The notes beneath the pieces are model-generated. The model had not been told where the DNA came from. It did no database searches and was given only the letters and a program-made list of their open reading frames with translations. A stretch of DNA of 64,000 nucleotides from Camelus dromedarius (taxonomy: Eukaryota). Shown piece by piece: positions 1-13,689 of the stretch. The position numbers and the translations under genes were made by a program. Where the stretch lies: contig NC_087437.1 of the NCBI RefSeq assembly GCF_036321535.1, positions 44,518,001-44,582,000 of the forward strand, written 5' to 3'. The stretch's first letter is position 1, and each line of letters opens with the position of its first letter.

Positions 1-583
1 TACACCAAGCCCTGACGTGAGTCTCTTTATCAGATAATCTCATGGTTACACGTTATTAGTTTCCTTTTAAGGTTTTGTATAGAAATTAGGTTATCATAAT
101 TTCTCTTAAACTACGCCACACATTGAATAATTTGGCCTTCATTCCCATTTTAAAGTGTTTTTTTAGGGATCATACTACTGGAGAAGCTAGGTAATGACAA
201 GGATTGTGACATTTTGCACTGATTAGGCATGAAAACTACAGCAGTTTCTGTGAAAATTTTTATAAATCTGAAATGGTGTCTTTTTCATTCATTTCATTGT
301 ATTTATCTATTGCATGGCTTTACTATGCTTCTTGCTAGATGTCAGTTAGGAAGCCAGTGGGGCAGCAGTGGCGTGCAGGCTGTGGTTCAGCATGGGGCTT
401 TCGTTCTGCTCCAGAAATACTTGTATAATTACATCAGTAACCCAAAGGACATCTTAATGGATGGCTCCACAGAATTTGAAATTATTTTTCTACATTAGGA
501 TGAGAGAAACCTACACAACCAAATACAGATTATGATAGTCTTAGTCTTATTTTACTTTTAATAAATTTAAGGACAAATATTCA

Positions 584-749
584 GAGGGGAGGGTATAGCT
601 CAGTGGTAGAGTGCATGCTTAGCATGCATGAGGTCCTGGGTTCAATCCCCAGTACCTCCATATAAATAGATAGACAGATAAATCTAATTACCTCCCCCCA
701 CCAAAATTAAAAATAATTGAAAAAATAAAGTAAAAAGACTTTTTTAAAA
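584..749 (+). mobile_element. tRNA-Ala-derived SINE (camelid vic-1-like)
   Basis: GGGGAGGGTATAGCTCAGTGGTAGAG...GGTTCAATCCCCAGTACCTCCA with pol III A and B boxes, then an A-rich/C-rich tail. Flanking repeat aatattca at 576-583 and 757-764 (TSD core). Confidence 0.9.
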
Positions 750-780
750 AAGAAAGAATATTCACTGTGAGTTCCACAGG

Positions 781-785
781 AAAAA

Positions 786-826
<41 letters not shown>
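781..826. repeat. A14(TA)16 microsatellite
   Basis: Direct reading of the sequence. Confidence 0.95.
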
Positions 827-827
<1 letters not shown>

Positions 828-1499
828 CTATTTGTCCAAGAAGGAAGAGAAAGGGAAGTTGAAGAGAAATGCTGGTCCATGTGAGTTTTCATTATCTGTC
901 TGGTTCCTTTCATGTCCACCTTAGTCATGAAATTAGGAATCATGAGCTTTTAGATTTGCAGAAATGAACTGGTTAGTAGGTAATCTTCTTCCCTTCAGCT
1001 GTGCAGATATAGAAAAAACTGCCGTCCTTTATTTTCCATTATCTTCTCTCCAGAGAGGTTACAAATGTATGCAAGGATGTCCAAATGTTTATGACCTAAA
1101 TATTCAAAAATTACAACCCTCTGTAAATGTCTGATAGGATGCCCCTCTTTGCAGACTTGACTTTTATAATTGAGACAAAATGGCACATGCCTGCAATAAT
1201 TTCTATATTAATTTGGCATTGTTTCTTCCCATTGTTGGCTTTATTAAAGGCCCTTCCCCTTGACAGCCTCCTGTTTAGTTTCAAAGAGAAGCCAGTGCTC
1301 ATTTCTACTCACAGGGTGTGCTCGGCAGCTGCTGGACCAGATGCTCCAGTGCTGGACACTTTGTCTGATTTGAGTCTAGGGACATGATCAGGCTGCTTTT
1401 GAAATATTTAATTTATCCACATGCCACAGTCTTCAACATGCTGTCAGTTGTGATGAATTTGTTCCATATCTAGTATTTTCAGATATTACAATGTGCAAA

Positions 1500-2200
1500 T
1501 ACTTCACCAGATCCATACATTAAAAATATATACGTTTCAGTTTTTTTGTTGTTTTCTAGTTCATTGTTTTCTGCTTCCATATCAAATAATTCCTCTTCCT
1601 CATTAATTTTGTTTATTTTTCTAATGTATTAAAATGGGAACTAAATTCCTAGGTAAACTACATAAACTATAAATTTTTAGCTGAATATAAATTGCACTGT
1701 ACCTCAGATACTTCATTTTTATGTAGTCTACTTTTTATTGTGTTCCAGATGCTTTTCACTTGCTCTGTGATCCAAAGTTATTTGAGAATAAATTAATTTT
1801 GTTAATGGTTTTAATATTAATTTCAAGTTGATTGGATAGTGGTAAATAATGTGGCCAATAAAAATGTAATTTTTAGAATTTTTAAAAGATTTTCTTCATG
1901 GCAAATTTCACATAAAATGATTATTGGTGTGTGTACTCTGAGAAATGTGATTCTCTATCTCAAGTTTATTATTTGTTTAATTCCTGTATATCTTTACTTT
2001 TTTTTTTAACTTTCACAGTTTTTCCAATTCTGAAAGAAGTAGCTTTCTCATATAATTCTGTTTGTGAAGTTCTATCTTGCATGTCTGAGACCATATTTTA
2101 TTTTGCCATTATGTTGTTTAGTACATTCAGGTTTATTGCATATCTTTGATCTGTTTCTTTGATGTTTTTATCATTCTGTAGTGTATATCTTTGTTCTTTA
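1500..2200 (-). mobile_element. Very old L1M fragment
   Basis: T-rich degenerate sequence resembling antisense L1 ORF2 (e.g. ttattggtgtgtgtactctgagaaatgtgattctct). Confidence 0.5.
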
Positions 2201-5200
2201 ACTTATTTCAGAAACCAAATAATTGAATTACTTCTAGACAAAGAAAAAATGCTTCCATTGGTAGAGAAATACTGCTTCTAAATCTTAATTAAAGTAACTT
2301 CTAATTTCAGATGTTTTATATGAATTTGCCTCTTCTGGCTTTTTAAAAAAAATTTGCCAGTTGTCTATTTGCTTATCATTTTTTCCCGTCAATCTAATTT
2401 TTTTGTAAAAACAAACAAACAAAAAAAAACTACTGCTGGAGTATCAGTCCCTTGTATTCAATTCAAACATCTCTGATTTTAATGGGATAATTCATTGGTT
2501 TTCTTTCAGGGCAAAATTTTATGTTTTTTTCTTCTGCCTTAATGTTCATTATTTATCTTACCTTTTTCCCCTTATTTTCTGATTTGATGTATTCACCCAA
2601 CTTTTTACGTGTACACACTTTTTCTCTTAAATATTTTTGAGTTCTTCTAATAAAAATGTATATTGCAGGATTGATAATGACAGTGAGACTATTTTACATT
2701 GACCTGTTTGAAAATATCATAATATATTATTCCATTTATCTTGTTGATTTGCCCTGTATAAGGCAAGTACTATTAGGAAAGTAGATGTAGATAAACTTTG
2801 GTCCAGTGCCAGGGTGACGTCTGTGAATTCCTCAACAGGTGGATGTTTCTCCTTCATAAACTCTACCCCTTGAAGAAGTATTCATGTTTATTTCATTGCT
2901 GGGCAAGTCCACTTTTTGCAATGTTGTTTTTATATAAAAGTCCAGAACTCCATACATAGAGGTACTGTCTAGGACTATTCTAGAACCATTGCTCCTTAAT
3001 CCAACCTCATATCCAAAGAACAGTCTTTCTGAAGATGAAACCATTTCATTTTGAAGCTTCTAGGCTTAGATACGTTGGGACTATTGGGATCTCAAACTGA
3101 ATGCTTATATAGAGCAGTTGAAAACACAAAGGAAGGGAGCACAGAATCATTTGTTCTGCTCTTTGCTCAATAGTGTACTCTTCATGCACGTTCAGTTTAT
3201 TTTTTCATTTTTCCTATTAGTTTAAAACTAATGTTTATATTTTCACTACAACTACGTAACCATGGGAAAATTACAACAACTGAGACATGGTTTTCTTAAG
3301 TGAAGAAACAACTGAAATGCAAACAAGAAAAATAATGAGATTAATGAAAAATCTCCTGATGTGGTTGTGACAATTAAATATTAGTCAAGAATTGAGAAAA
3401 TTCTTTTAAAAAATATGAATACAATTTAAGAGTATTTTTGATAGTTTTCTATCTCTTAAAATTTAAAAAAATGTTCAAGTGTGTAATTTATGCCTAGTGA
3501 GAGTATGTAAAGAAGTTGTGAATAATAAAGATAAAGGTATAAGGTATATTCTTGGACCCTTAAATATCTTGAAGTTTATGTATGGGATATGTAATCAGCT
3601 ATGAACATTAGATAATATAATAGAATTGCAAAAGATTTGGAAGCATGTATTTCTCTAACAATGGAAGCATTTTTTTTCTTCGTCTATGAGCAATTCAATT
3701 ATTTTGTTTCTGAAATCAATTAAGTAAAGCTTGTTGAGTCTGCTCAGCCCTTGTTTCCAGGGAATTGCAGTTCAATTTCATTTTTAATTAGAATTGAACA
3801 TTGTGGATTTCTTAGCACTGGTAAGCAAGATCCAGCAATAAAGTATGTACTTAATTTGTATTAAGTTTCTGAAATTTAGTGTAGAGAGTGAGCAATATGT
3901 CTAGTTAATATTTAAACATCTCACAACGTTCTGTTGTAGAAGTTTCCATTTATAAAAGCTGTTGTTCTATAACAAATTACTTCTACTTTCAAATAAACCT
4001 GTTATCACAACATGAGCAAAAGTTATTCAATTAAAAGAGAAAACAAAGTAAAGTAATTATTTACTTGTATTTGATGTGCACAATAGCTTTTAAAGCTTCT
4101 AGAAATGCCTAAGAAAGTAAAAACGTTAGCTTAACAATCATTTTTGCTTAACTATTACTGCTTTAGTAAAGTACAGACGTATTGTGATGAGATAGATATT
4201 TCTTTATAGGAAACTATTCTCTCACAAGAGAAGAGAGACTTCCGTTTTCTTGTGATAAGCCCATGTGGAAAGTAGCCATGACTGCTAAGATCAGTTGCAC
4301 TAATGTTTTTTCCTTTTTTAGTTTTCTACACCTGTTTCTGTTTTGTGTCTTTTTTGTTCAGTGGTACTCTAATCACATTGGAGCTAGTAGAGAATTGTAC
4401 ATCCAAGTTATCTTTATTTTTTCCCATGCACTCAGGCATTAAACTTGATATTTCTCTGGCCGTCATCTTGTCTTAATATAGTACTAGAAGAGAGAGAAAA
4501 AAGTAGGGGAAGTTTGCGGTAGTTGCCTCAGTCACCTAGGATACAGTCCATTGAAAAAATACTTTGTACTATCCTCCTAGATACCTATAATGAAAAAGGT
4601 AGCAGGCTGACTTAAGAGTTAATATAATTTTCCAAAGGTAACCCAGAGTCTGAGGGACTTTTGCTACCTTACCTATATTAAAAATACCTAAAATCTGAAT
4701 GAATATATAGTTTTTTCTTTGCCCAAAAGGGAGTAGTGATTCTCAAGAAAATCCAGAGCCTTTCCAGGCCAGGGGAATGGAAACTCTGACTGTGACCCCT
4801 GATGGGTTTGTACTGTAAGAAGATGTCAATTTCTGCCAGACAAAATTGCAGAGACAGCATATGGTGATTTATAAACGACACGGACAAGAGACATGCACTC
4901 TGACTCTTGTTTGACAACTACGAATCTTTCTAATTAGTGACGTTAGAAAGGGTAATATGGAAGTTACTTCTTTTCTGATTAAATTCTCTGTAAGGCATAT
5001 GCATCAGATTTGCTTCCTAAAAAACGAAGCTACAAATAATCCATGTCCGTGTCTGTGTCAGTCCTTTAGCTTGCCTTGACTGAGAACTTCCCTCAGCTGT
5101 TCATGTCTGGTAATGGATGTTATGCCTAGCTAAAATCTCATATTTTGTATAATTAAATTAATTAATTTCAGGAGGGGTTGTGAAACTGTCTTGGTGAAGT

Positions 5201-5709
5201 AGACTGGTTTTTTTTTTTTAATGGAGAAAAATAATAGGATAACAAAAATAATGTTTTCTTGATAGGTCAGGAAAATGTAATAATCATCCTAATTCTAAGA
5301 GATATAATATATTAAATAATAATTATAAAACTTCCTAATGCAGTTTGGAAAGACAATTTATGACTTGGATTATTTTAGGATTTTTTTTACTCTTGGTTCC
5401 TTTCATCTAGCAAGACAAAAAGCAAAAGTAATAATAAGTGAACGACAATGCAAGAGTGTCTTGAAGTTATATGAATATTTACTTTTGGAAATAAACTCAG
5501 GCAGTTTCATCATTAAAAATGTCAAGGAAAACTGTTTTCAGGATAATTAAGGGTTTTTTGATTGTTTTGGGGTTTGTTTGTGTGTTTTTTCCTCCTGATA
5601 CCATGCCCTAACCTCAGACAAATGCAAAAAAAAATTGCATTCCCTAAATTATCAACCTGGTTCTCCTCTTATTCCTTATCAGTACCATGAAAAACAAAGT
5701 AAAAAGCCT

Positions 5710-5935
5710 CACACATTATGTAGCATTTTACACTCTCTAAATCCTTTGGATATATTACGTCCTTTGACTCTACCAGCCATTTTGTGTGACTGGTGGGGCA
5801 GATGTCATCTCTTTGGATGGATGAAAAAATTGAACTGTGTGGCTTTTCAGTGGCGGGTTCAGCATCCCTCACCTATTGGCCGGTCCAGTTCATGACTAGT
5901 TATTCTTAGTCCAGGGCTTTTTCATCTGCCATGTT
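5710..5935 (-). mobile_element. MIR SINE remnant
   Basis: Antisense MIR core: catctctttggatggatgaaaaaattgaac ... agtccagggctttttc. Confidence 0.5.
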
Positions 5936-6488
5936 GCTTGCAAGACAAGCTACAGGGAAAATAAAAAACAAAAACATTCAGTAAATCCAAATGTGTTAGT
6001 AACAGCTTCAGACATCAAATAACACTTGCAAGTAGTGCAGAATTTGAAGTATTTCTTTGGTAAATCTTTCAAAGTAATTTGACGTAGGCTTTTTAAATGT
6101 TAATATTCATTTACTTTCCTCTCATACATTTTCTCCATATCCACCCACCTTGGAGAAGATACTTATAAAATTTTCAGTTAAAAAAAACACTCCTAAAACT
6201 ACTTGAATTAAATTTTTAATGTTTGTGTTATTATGAGTCATAGTGCTGTAAATTATGAAAACATTGACCATCAAGTATACATCTAGTCACCACAGTTTTT
6301 TTTTCTTTTATATATAATAAAATTGGCAGCTCTGCATAATATTGCTGTTAAAGAAGCAATTTTGTAGGCAGTAGAAATAGAAATATTGAATATTGTTTCA
6401 TATCAATACATTGAAACATCAGAAAATTACTTGTCAGTAATCTTAAACAACAGCCAATTCATGAGATATCTTTAGAAATATTTTATTC

Positions 6489-6782
6489 TTTTTTAATTGA
6501 AGTATAGTTGATTTACAATATTATGTTAGTTTCAGATGTACAACATAGTGATTCAGTTATGTTTTCCTGAATATATTCCATGATAGGTTACTGCAAGATA
6601 TTGAATATAATTCCCTGTGCTGTAAAGTAAACCCTTGTTGCTTATCTATTTTATACATAGTAGTTTACATCTGTTAATCTCATACTCCTAATTTGGCCCC
6701 CTCCGTCCCTCTCCCCTTTAATAGCTGTTAAGTTTGTCTTCTGTGTCTAAGTCTGTTACTGTTTTGTATATAGATTCATTTG
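6489..6782 (-). mobile_element. 5'-truncated L1 3' UTR (artiodactyl/camelid type)
   Basis: ttttttaattgaagtatagttgatttacaatattatgttagtttcag... The 16-bp TSD tagaaata(t/g)tttattc is at 6473-6488 and 6783-6798. Confidence 0.9.
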
Positions 6783-7737
6783 TAGAAATAGTTTATTCAT
6801 ATTATTTACTATCCATGGGTTTATCTATATTCATTATGGCTTTAAATATTGCTCTTAGTTGAGAATATTGGTAACATGTTAAATTTTTTTTAAATAGTAA
6901 ATTTTCAAAGGCTCAATGATGTGAAGAACTCTATAGTTCTTTTCCTTGATCTTGTATATTCAACTAGAAAATTGCATAATCCCAGAGATGTATGGATGTG
7001 GGCATGTGCGGCTGTGTTTCTGTCTCTCCACTGCCTGTCTCTTCCCTCTCTTGTATACTAATATGTATAAATGCAGAAAATACTGAGTTGGTAAATCAGA
7101 AGTTTATGTCTTTATGACCTAATTTCTAAATATATATATATAATGCTAATATTTTTTCTGTTCCTTTTGAACATGATCTATTTGGTTCAAAAGCAATAGC
7201 ATGTCTGCTGTTGGAAGGAGAAGTGCCTATAGTTGGTAACATCAGCAATGCATTTGCTAATAACAGTTGTGTATTTATTTCTTAGTATTGGCTATAAGTA
7301 ATGAGATCATGTTAGAGAAATGAATAAAGTCAAATAACTCATTAGAATTTTTGGTTCATTACTCACCTAGACAGAGGAAAAGACCCCAGGTCACTGTGTT
7401 TCCTATCCAATCTCAAATCCCTCTCCCTGAAAATAAAATGATTTCGGCTAATACTTGCTGGCCCGCACCCTACCATTGCATTCTCAACCTAGAACCTGGA
7501 GTAATGGATCCATATTACCTAGGTGGATCCACCATGGATAGGGAAGATGACGAGTGGGAAGATAAATTACAGCATTCTCCTCAATATTTTGAAGGTACAG
7601 TTGGCAAAATAACACATTTTTAAAGATTTTTTTAAATATTAGGCTTCTTCCATGCAGCAAATATTGCAGTTTGTCAAATAATATAATATGAACTTTAAAA
7701 ATGAAAAAATGCTGAGTCACAATGTTTTTCATTATTG

Positions 7738-7910
7738 GGAAGCAATATGGTTTAATGGGAAAAGCACAAGAAAATAAATTAGGAGAACACGTGCCTTTAG
7801 TCTGAGACCTACTACTAACTATGTGATCTTGATCTGATTATCCTTATCTAATGATTACTTCATTTGTGAAGTAAGAATAATTCTATAGGGCACAATGAGA
7901 TATTACTTTA
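7738..7910 (+). mobile_element. MIR SINE remnant
   Basis: actactaactatgtgatcttg...cttcatttgtgaagtaagaataa resembles the MIR core. Confidence 0.55.
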
Positions 7911-8802
7911 AAGTGTAATAAAAAAAAACTACGTGAGAATACTTTATAAAATAGGAAATCTACCCTCTCTCCCTCCCTATCTTCCTTCCTTCCTGCCCCT
8001 GTGTTGTAATGATGACAGTTGAGGATTCTTTTCAGAACTCTGACAACAGGTTTTACTTTCTGAATAACTTCAAGTGTTTTTTCTTTTTAAAAGCAGAAGG
8101 TCATTGCTTCTTTTTAATCTCACTAGGATTATTTAAATAACTTTGGATACGTCGAGTAAAGCAGTTTGAAATCCAAGTAAAGGTATTCATTTGGTGGAAT
8201 CGAAGAGGAATGCTATGATTATGCCTTGTATACACTCAGCCTGATTACAGTGAATATTCCTCACCATAATAGTCTTTTTTTTTTTAACACAGAAAGATGA
8301 ATTTATTTCTGAAATAAAGCAAATAGGAATCTCATAAACCCCACTAATGGCATCCTAACAATAAAATACAGTAAACAATTAAAGGACCAAACAACAAATC
8401 TGTTAATGGAGAAAATAATCTCAAGAAGAAAAAATAACAAAAGTTGAGCCCTGAAGTCAAAATACCTGCTTAAGAAATTTTATCATATGTCCAATGTATT
8501 GATTTTTCACATATATCAGGGCTGTTTAAGTGAATAAGAATATACCATGAAATGTAAAATTATTCTTTTACTAGAGACATGAATCCTTAATCTAAAATAC
8601 ACACATTCTGTTGTTTTAATACATAATAATCCCCACTGTGTCACTTTGTAAAAATCCAGATCTTTTTAGCAATCTAATAAACAGATATATAATTCACACA
8701 GTATTGATTTTAGTGTCTTCTCAGAAAGCAGATCACAGCAAGATGCATCTGATGTGTTTTATAAATTCACCCTTTAGCCAGTCTATTTGTCTTTGTAAAG
8801 GA

Positions 8803-9055
8803 TGGCAGTATAGTTGAAAAGAGAGGTGTGTTTTAGTGAAGAGTTCACTAGACCTGGATTCAGGGAACTCTAGTTTCATCCCTGATATTACCAACTATTA
8901 GCTCTGACCCCACGTCAAGCTCCTGACCTTCCTAAATCACAATTTCAGTGACTGGATAATGGGAATTGAAATGACTTATATCAAGCCTCTGGATAAAAAC
9001 TAGCAAATAACTTCTGAGACAGTATCTGGCCCTTAGTAGTTGTACAATTAGCACT
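8803..9055 (+). mobile_element. MIR SINE remnant
   Basis: ggcagtatagtt...agacctggattc...aactattagctctgacc...acagtatctggcccttagtag. Confidence 0.6.
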
Positions 9056-9155
9056 TGATGATTTGGCTTGAAGATGACTCAGAAGACCTCAGTTCTAATG
9101 ACATTATTTTCCTGTGCCTTTATATAAAAATTTGCTTATATTTACCTTCTGTGAA

Positions 9156-9531
9156 TGTATTAGTTTGCTGGGGCTGCCATAGCAGAATACCCCAGCCTGG
9201 GTGCCTCAAAACAGATTTATTTCCTCACAGTTATGGAAGCTGAGAATTTAAGTTCAAGGTGTTGACTGGTTTGGTTCCCCCTGAGGCCTCTGGTCTTGGC
9301 TTGCTGTGGTCACCTTGCTGTGTCCCCACATGCCTTTTCTCTCTGATGTCTCTCCCTCCCTCTTCTGGAAAGGATCCTAGCCATATTGGATCAGACCCCA
9401 CCCCTGTGAACTCATTTAACCTTAGTTACCCCTTCAAAGGCTCTATTTTCACATTTATTCACATTCTGAGGTGTGCGGAGTATTAGGACTTCAACATACG
9501 ATCTTAGGGGGACGCAACTCAGCCCATAACA
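9156..9531 (-). mobile_element. MaLR solo LTR (MLT1A/B-like)
   Basis: TG...CA ends (tgtattagtttgctggggctgccatagcagaatacc ... ggacttcaacatacgatcttagggggacgcaactcagcccataaca) match the recalled MLT1 consensus in reverse. Confidence 0.85.
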
Positions 9532-10734
9532 ATAGATCTTAAATTTATCTGTAAAACTAAGGCTGTCTCATTATGTTACATCTGTTCTTGTTTTCCATGT
9601 GAAGACTCAGAAAACTTTTCTAGCTATGGAGGCCAGAGGAATGGTTCTAATGCTGGACCAATGTTTTGAAGAGGCTAAATCACTGAGGAAAACACAAGCT
9701 TCCTCCTTTGGTTCTTGATACCAGGTGGTAGTTCAGGGATCTCATGCATTGTGACCTGTGAAAACAAAGAGCAAGGCTGACATTCAGGAGGTTCAAAAGG
9801 GTCAGGTGACAACTTAGTAGCATCACTAGGTAGATTAGAGCCTGGCTGCAGAATTAACCAACCACAGTTCCCTTCGTGGACACTGTGAAGGAGTAGATTG
9901 TCTAAGTGGCCATGGCAACAGCATCCTCTTTCTGGAATGGAAAAGATGATTCAGTTGAAAAGTGAAAGACAGTAAGCAGAGAAGTTAAGTGGTAGAAATC
10001 AGAGCAAGGTCCTTTGTCTTTTGTTCTCTCTGGCTTTGATTTTCTTTCAATTATTTTTTCCCCCTGAATATCTGAACACCATGAAGTCACCCAGTTCCCA
10101 CATGCTGTCTGTCCAAGGTGACAGGGATATAAACCTATGTTGGACCATTTTCAGGTACCAAGCTACTACCCCTGAATAATTCCTACAGAGCTTTTGATTT
10201 TGTAAGATCTGTTCAAGATGATTGTTGTCTCCTGCCCATGATTCTTAGTATCATTTATTTCTGATGTGATTATTTGGTGACAGATAACTTTATATACTAT
10301 ACACAAGAAGAAATATATTAGGATGGTTTGCAGTAAGAAATATGAGATCATATTTCTTGGTCAAAGACATTTTATCTACAAGACCCTGTCAGTAAGATAA
10401 AATTCACATGTTCAAATCCCTGCAGGCTAGTCTCCACTCTTTATCGCAGCTCTTAGGTAACAAGACAAAATAAAACAAAAGTCAGAACAAAATAAACCTA
10501 TTTCAATTGTGTTTTTTTATAGAAGTATGAAGAGACAACACAGTTGTGAATGTATTTTTTTTCTTTTTTAATCTCAAACAAGCTGGCCTAATATTTACAC
10601 TCACATTGTAATGGACATATATAAGATGTCACAGCAAAATTTATTGCATAAGTTTTCCAGCCAGTGGGTGTGAACCATAGAGCAAAATAACATTCATGTA
10701 ACATACTTGTACCCGTATGCACCGTTTTTCTTTG

Positions 10735-10866
10735 ATTCATTCATTCACTGGTACATGTACTGATTTATTCATTAATTCAACAATAGAAAAATCATTTGTT
10801 GCCAGAGACTACATTAGGCACTAGGGAGATAAAATGAAGCTATAGGGACTGTCTTCAAGCAAGTTA
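10735..10866 (-). mobile_element. L2 3' end remnant
   Basis: ttcattcattca...ttcaacaa...tgccagagactacattaggcactagggagataaaatgaa. Confidence 0.6.
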
Positions 10867-13689
10867 TTTTTGAGTGCTACTAAAGTTACCCACTCAATCC
10901 TTTTTAATTACTGAGGATTAAAAAAAAAATAATACGAGTACAATTACACTTTGAAGACTGGGGACTTTATAAATGCTTCAGTGATGTGAAGCCATGACAT
11001 AGCTTGAAGGGAGCTTACTGACTGTATACAGACAGAAAAGTGTCTTGGGATTGCTAAGGACCACTTCTCAGTTACTAGTCTACAACGATCTCAAGACACC
11101 TGACGCATGTTGAGATTTTAGTACCCATGAAAACTTGGTTAAGAATAATGTCGCAGCACTGAGCAGTTATTTTGAGTTAAACAAAAAGGGTGGGAGGCAT
11201 GTGAATAGGAGACTGGTTTAAGGGTTCTTGTGTTCGTAGAAGCATGATGTGATTATTTTGAGGACAAGGAGGAGGAAGAATCCTTAGCTATGTGGGAACT
11301 AATAATTATCACTGGTGGACATTTTGAATAAACATACTCAGTAAATTTACACAATATTTAACTTCTCTCCTGGAAATGAAATATTGGTTGAAGTACTTAG
11401 AGTAGAAATATTTTCAATTTAAAAAGAATATTAATGACTGCATTGAAATAGTATTCATTTAACCCTGAATGATTTACTGCAATTGTCATATTTATTTTTG
11501 GGTGTAAACACTGAAATCATTTTGAAAGATGAAATTAACGCTTCACAGTGTACTATCTAAATTAGAATTGAATTTAAACGGAAAAAGAAGTTTCAGTTTT
11601 CTTCGTATTTTGTCCCTAATAGAAGTTCAATGTGAAAATATTTATGCTATATGTTGTATGAAATTACATTACAAAAACTCCTTGAAAAATCTTCCTTAAT
11701 CATAGAAATTGTGTTATTTTTGGAGAGGGTATTCCTGACCAATAGTTTAAAAGCAAATTTCATATGTGACAATATATTTGAAAGTACAATAAATGTCTCC
11801 ATAAACATTTTTTAAATCATAGGATTGGACTATGTGGTTTTTAAATTTAGAACAGAATGAGTCTTTGGGGATAACATTGTTCAGTTCTGGCATTTTATGG
11901 ATGGTGAAACCAAGGCCTGGAGAAATTCTATGAGTCGTCACAGAGCTATTTAGTGTCCAGATCAATAGTAAAACCGAGTACCATCTCCTAGTTTCATGCT
12001 TTTTCACTTGTCTTGGTTATGGCTTGATTTACTTGCAAAGAACAGAAGCACTCTTAGCGAAAAGGAGGAAAATCACCCAGTCCAAGCGAAGGGTGCACAG
12101 GTGGCCCCGGGCTCTGTGCAGGCCATCCTTTCTTGCCCGCTCTCATCTCTGTTTTCTCGGAATTCTGGTTCCTCTTTAGTTACCAGTTGCCTTGGCAAGA
12201 CTCTCAGTTTCTACACCCTGAGAACACTAGTTTGCACATGTCAGAGGATTGATTCTAAATAGGGAGGCCATTTGCTCACATGGCACTTTGTGTGAATTAG
12301 GAAACAGTGCCCCTTCCGGGGGAGTATAGCCTTGTGGGTCAGTGCACTGCCCTGGCCAGTGGCTACGGCCTGCTTCTCCATGACCTCACAACACTCAGGC
12401 CCAACACCATCTGCCTGACTCTTTCTTTGTGTGTCTCCGTTCCAAGTTCTGATTGGCCCTACTAATGTCAAATATTGTCTTAGTTTACAAGGTGGTAAGC
12501 ATGACTGAGAACCCCAAACTTAACACATTAATACTCAAGAAAGAGAAGCAAAGGACAGTTGAAGTTCAAGGATCAAGGATCCTTGTTAAGGATCTCGGCC
12601 TTACATTTTCCCTCTTTTCAGGCATTAGATGGACCCTCAGTATAATCGTTAGTCTAGGTTTCCAGTTACGAGAGGTCCTGGGCAGAGCTAATAATTTTCA
12701 CCCAGGCGCCCAGGGACACTCTGCCCTCAGACAGTCCAGTGATGCCTGGCTTCATCCTGTTTGCATTGGCTTGCCTTTGAATTCATTTTTAAAAATATAA
12801 TCTCACTAGAATCATAGATCTTCTGAGCATTTTAGGCACCCCTCACCTCATGTTCAAAATTCAATGCTAACAAAGCAAAGGAATCTTTTTAAAATTTGAT
12901 TTAATGTAGGCAATTTCCTCTATTGCTAGTGTCACTGGAAATCCAGTAATAGACAATTTCTGAAATTGAGTCACTGAATTAAACTACTTATTTAAGAGCT
13001 CTCTGATGGCCAGTGAAGAATGGCATCAAGCACCAGATCTGACAACACTGAAGAGAGATCCACCTCAGGTCCAGCTATTTTAGGCAGAGGGTGTGGGGGG
13101 AGGGGTCAACTCACATATAAAGGTGTCTCTTCAAGGCTATAGGGAGGTAATCAACTCTGGCCAAAGACAGTATGCTATTGAACCACACTGTTTTATTATC
13201 AGCCATCAGTTATAGAAGCATATTGTGATACGTATTTATAGAAGGGATCATAACATGTTACCAAATATAATCGGAAGAGACGAAATATGCAACTGTAGCA
13301 TTTTATTTTTGGCTAAGATAAATTTAAGCACTAGGTTTCAAAGACATTAAATAAATAGTTACCATATTTACGATTTTAGAAGAGATTTTTAAAGATATTT
13401 TGACAATTCCACCAAAGCAGGATCAGCAGATTGAAAAAAAATAATTTGTGGCCCGCCACTTCTTTCTTATGTCCATAGCAGAAATCTCTCATGGAACCAC
13501 TTCCCACTGCCCTGAACCTGGCATCGCAATCCTTCTCCAGATGGCTATTCATGACCAGTTAATTGGAGTTAGCACTCAAGATGAAAACTGTGGGTCATTC
13601 CACTGGCAAAGTGAATTTCCTAAGAGCAGAGACCTTGTCATATTTACCTCCACCTCCCAATGACAGCAGGTTACCTGCACCAAAGTGAC

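Noticed and set aside
589..660. Bona fide tRNA-Ala gene
   Set aside because: It has an extra G-rich leader, a SINE tail, a TSD, CpG decay and two sister copies in the window, so it was annotated as a SINE.
7351..7623. 90-aa ORF with an acidic patch
   Set aside because: Non-ATG start, no recognisable homology and no convincing splice context.
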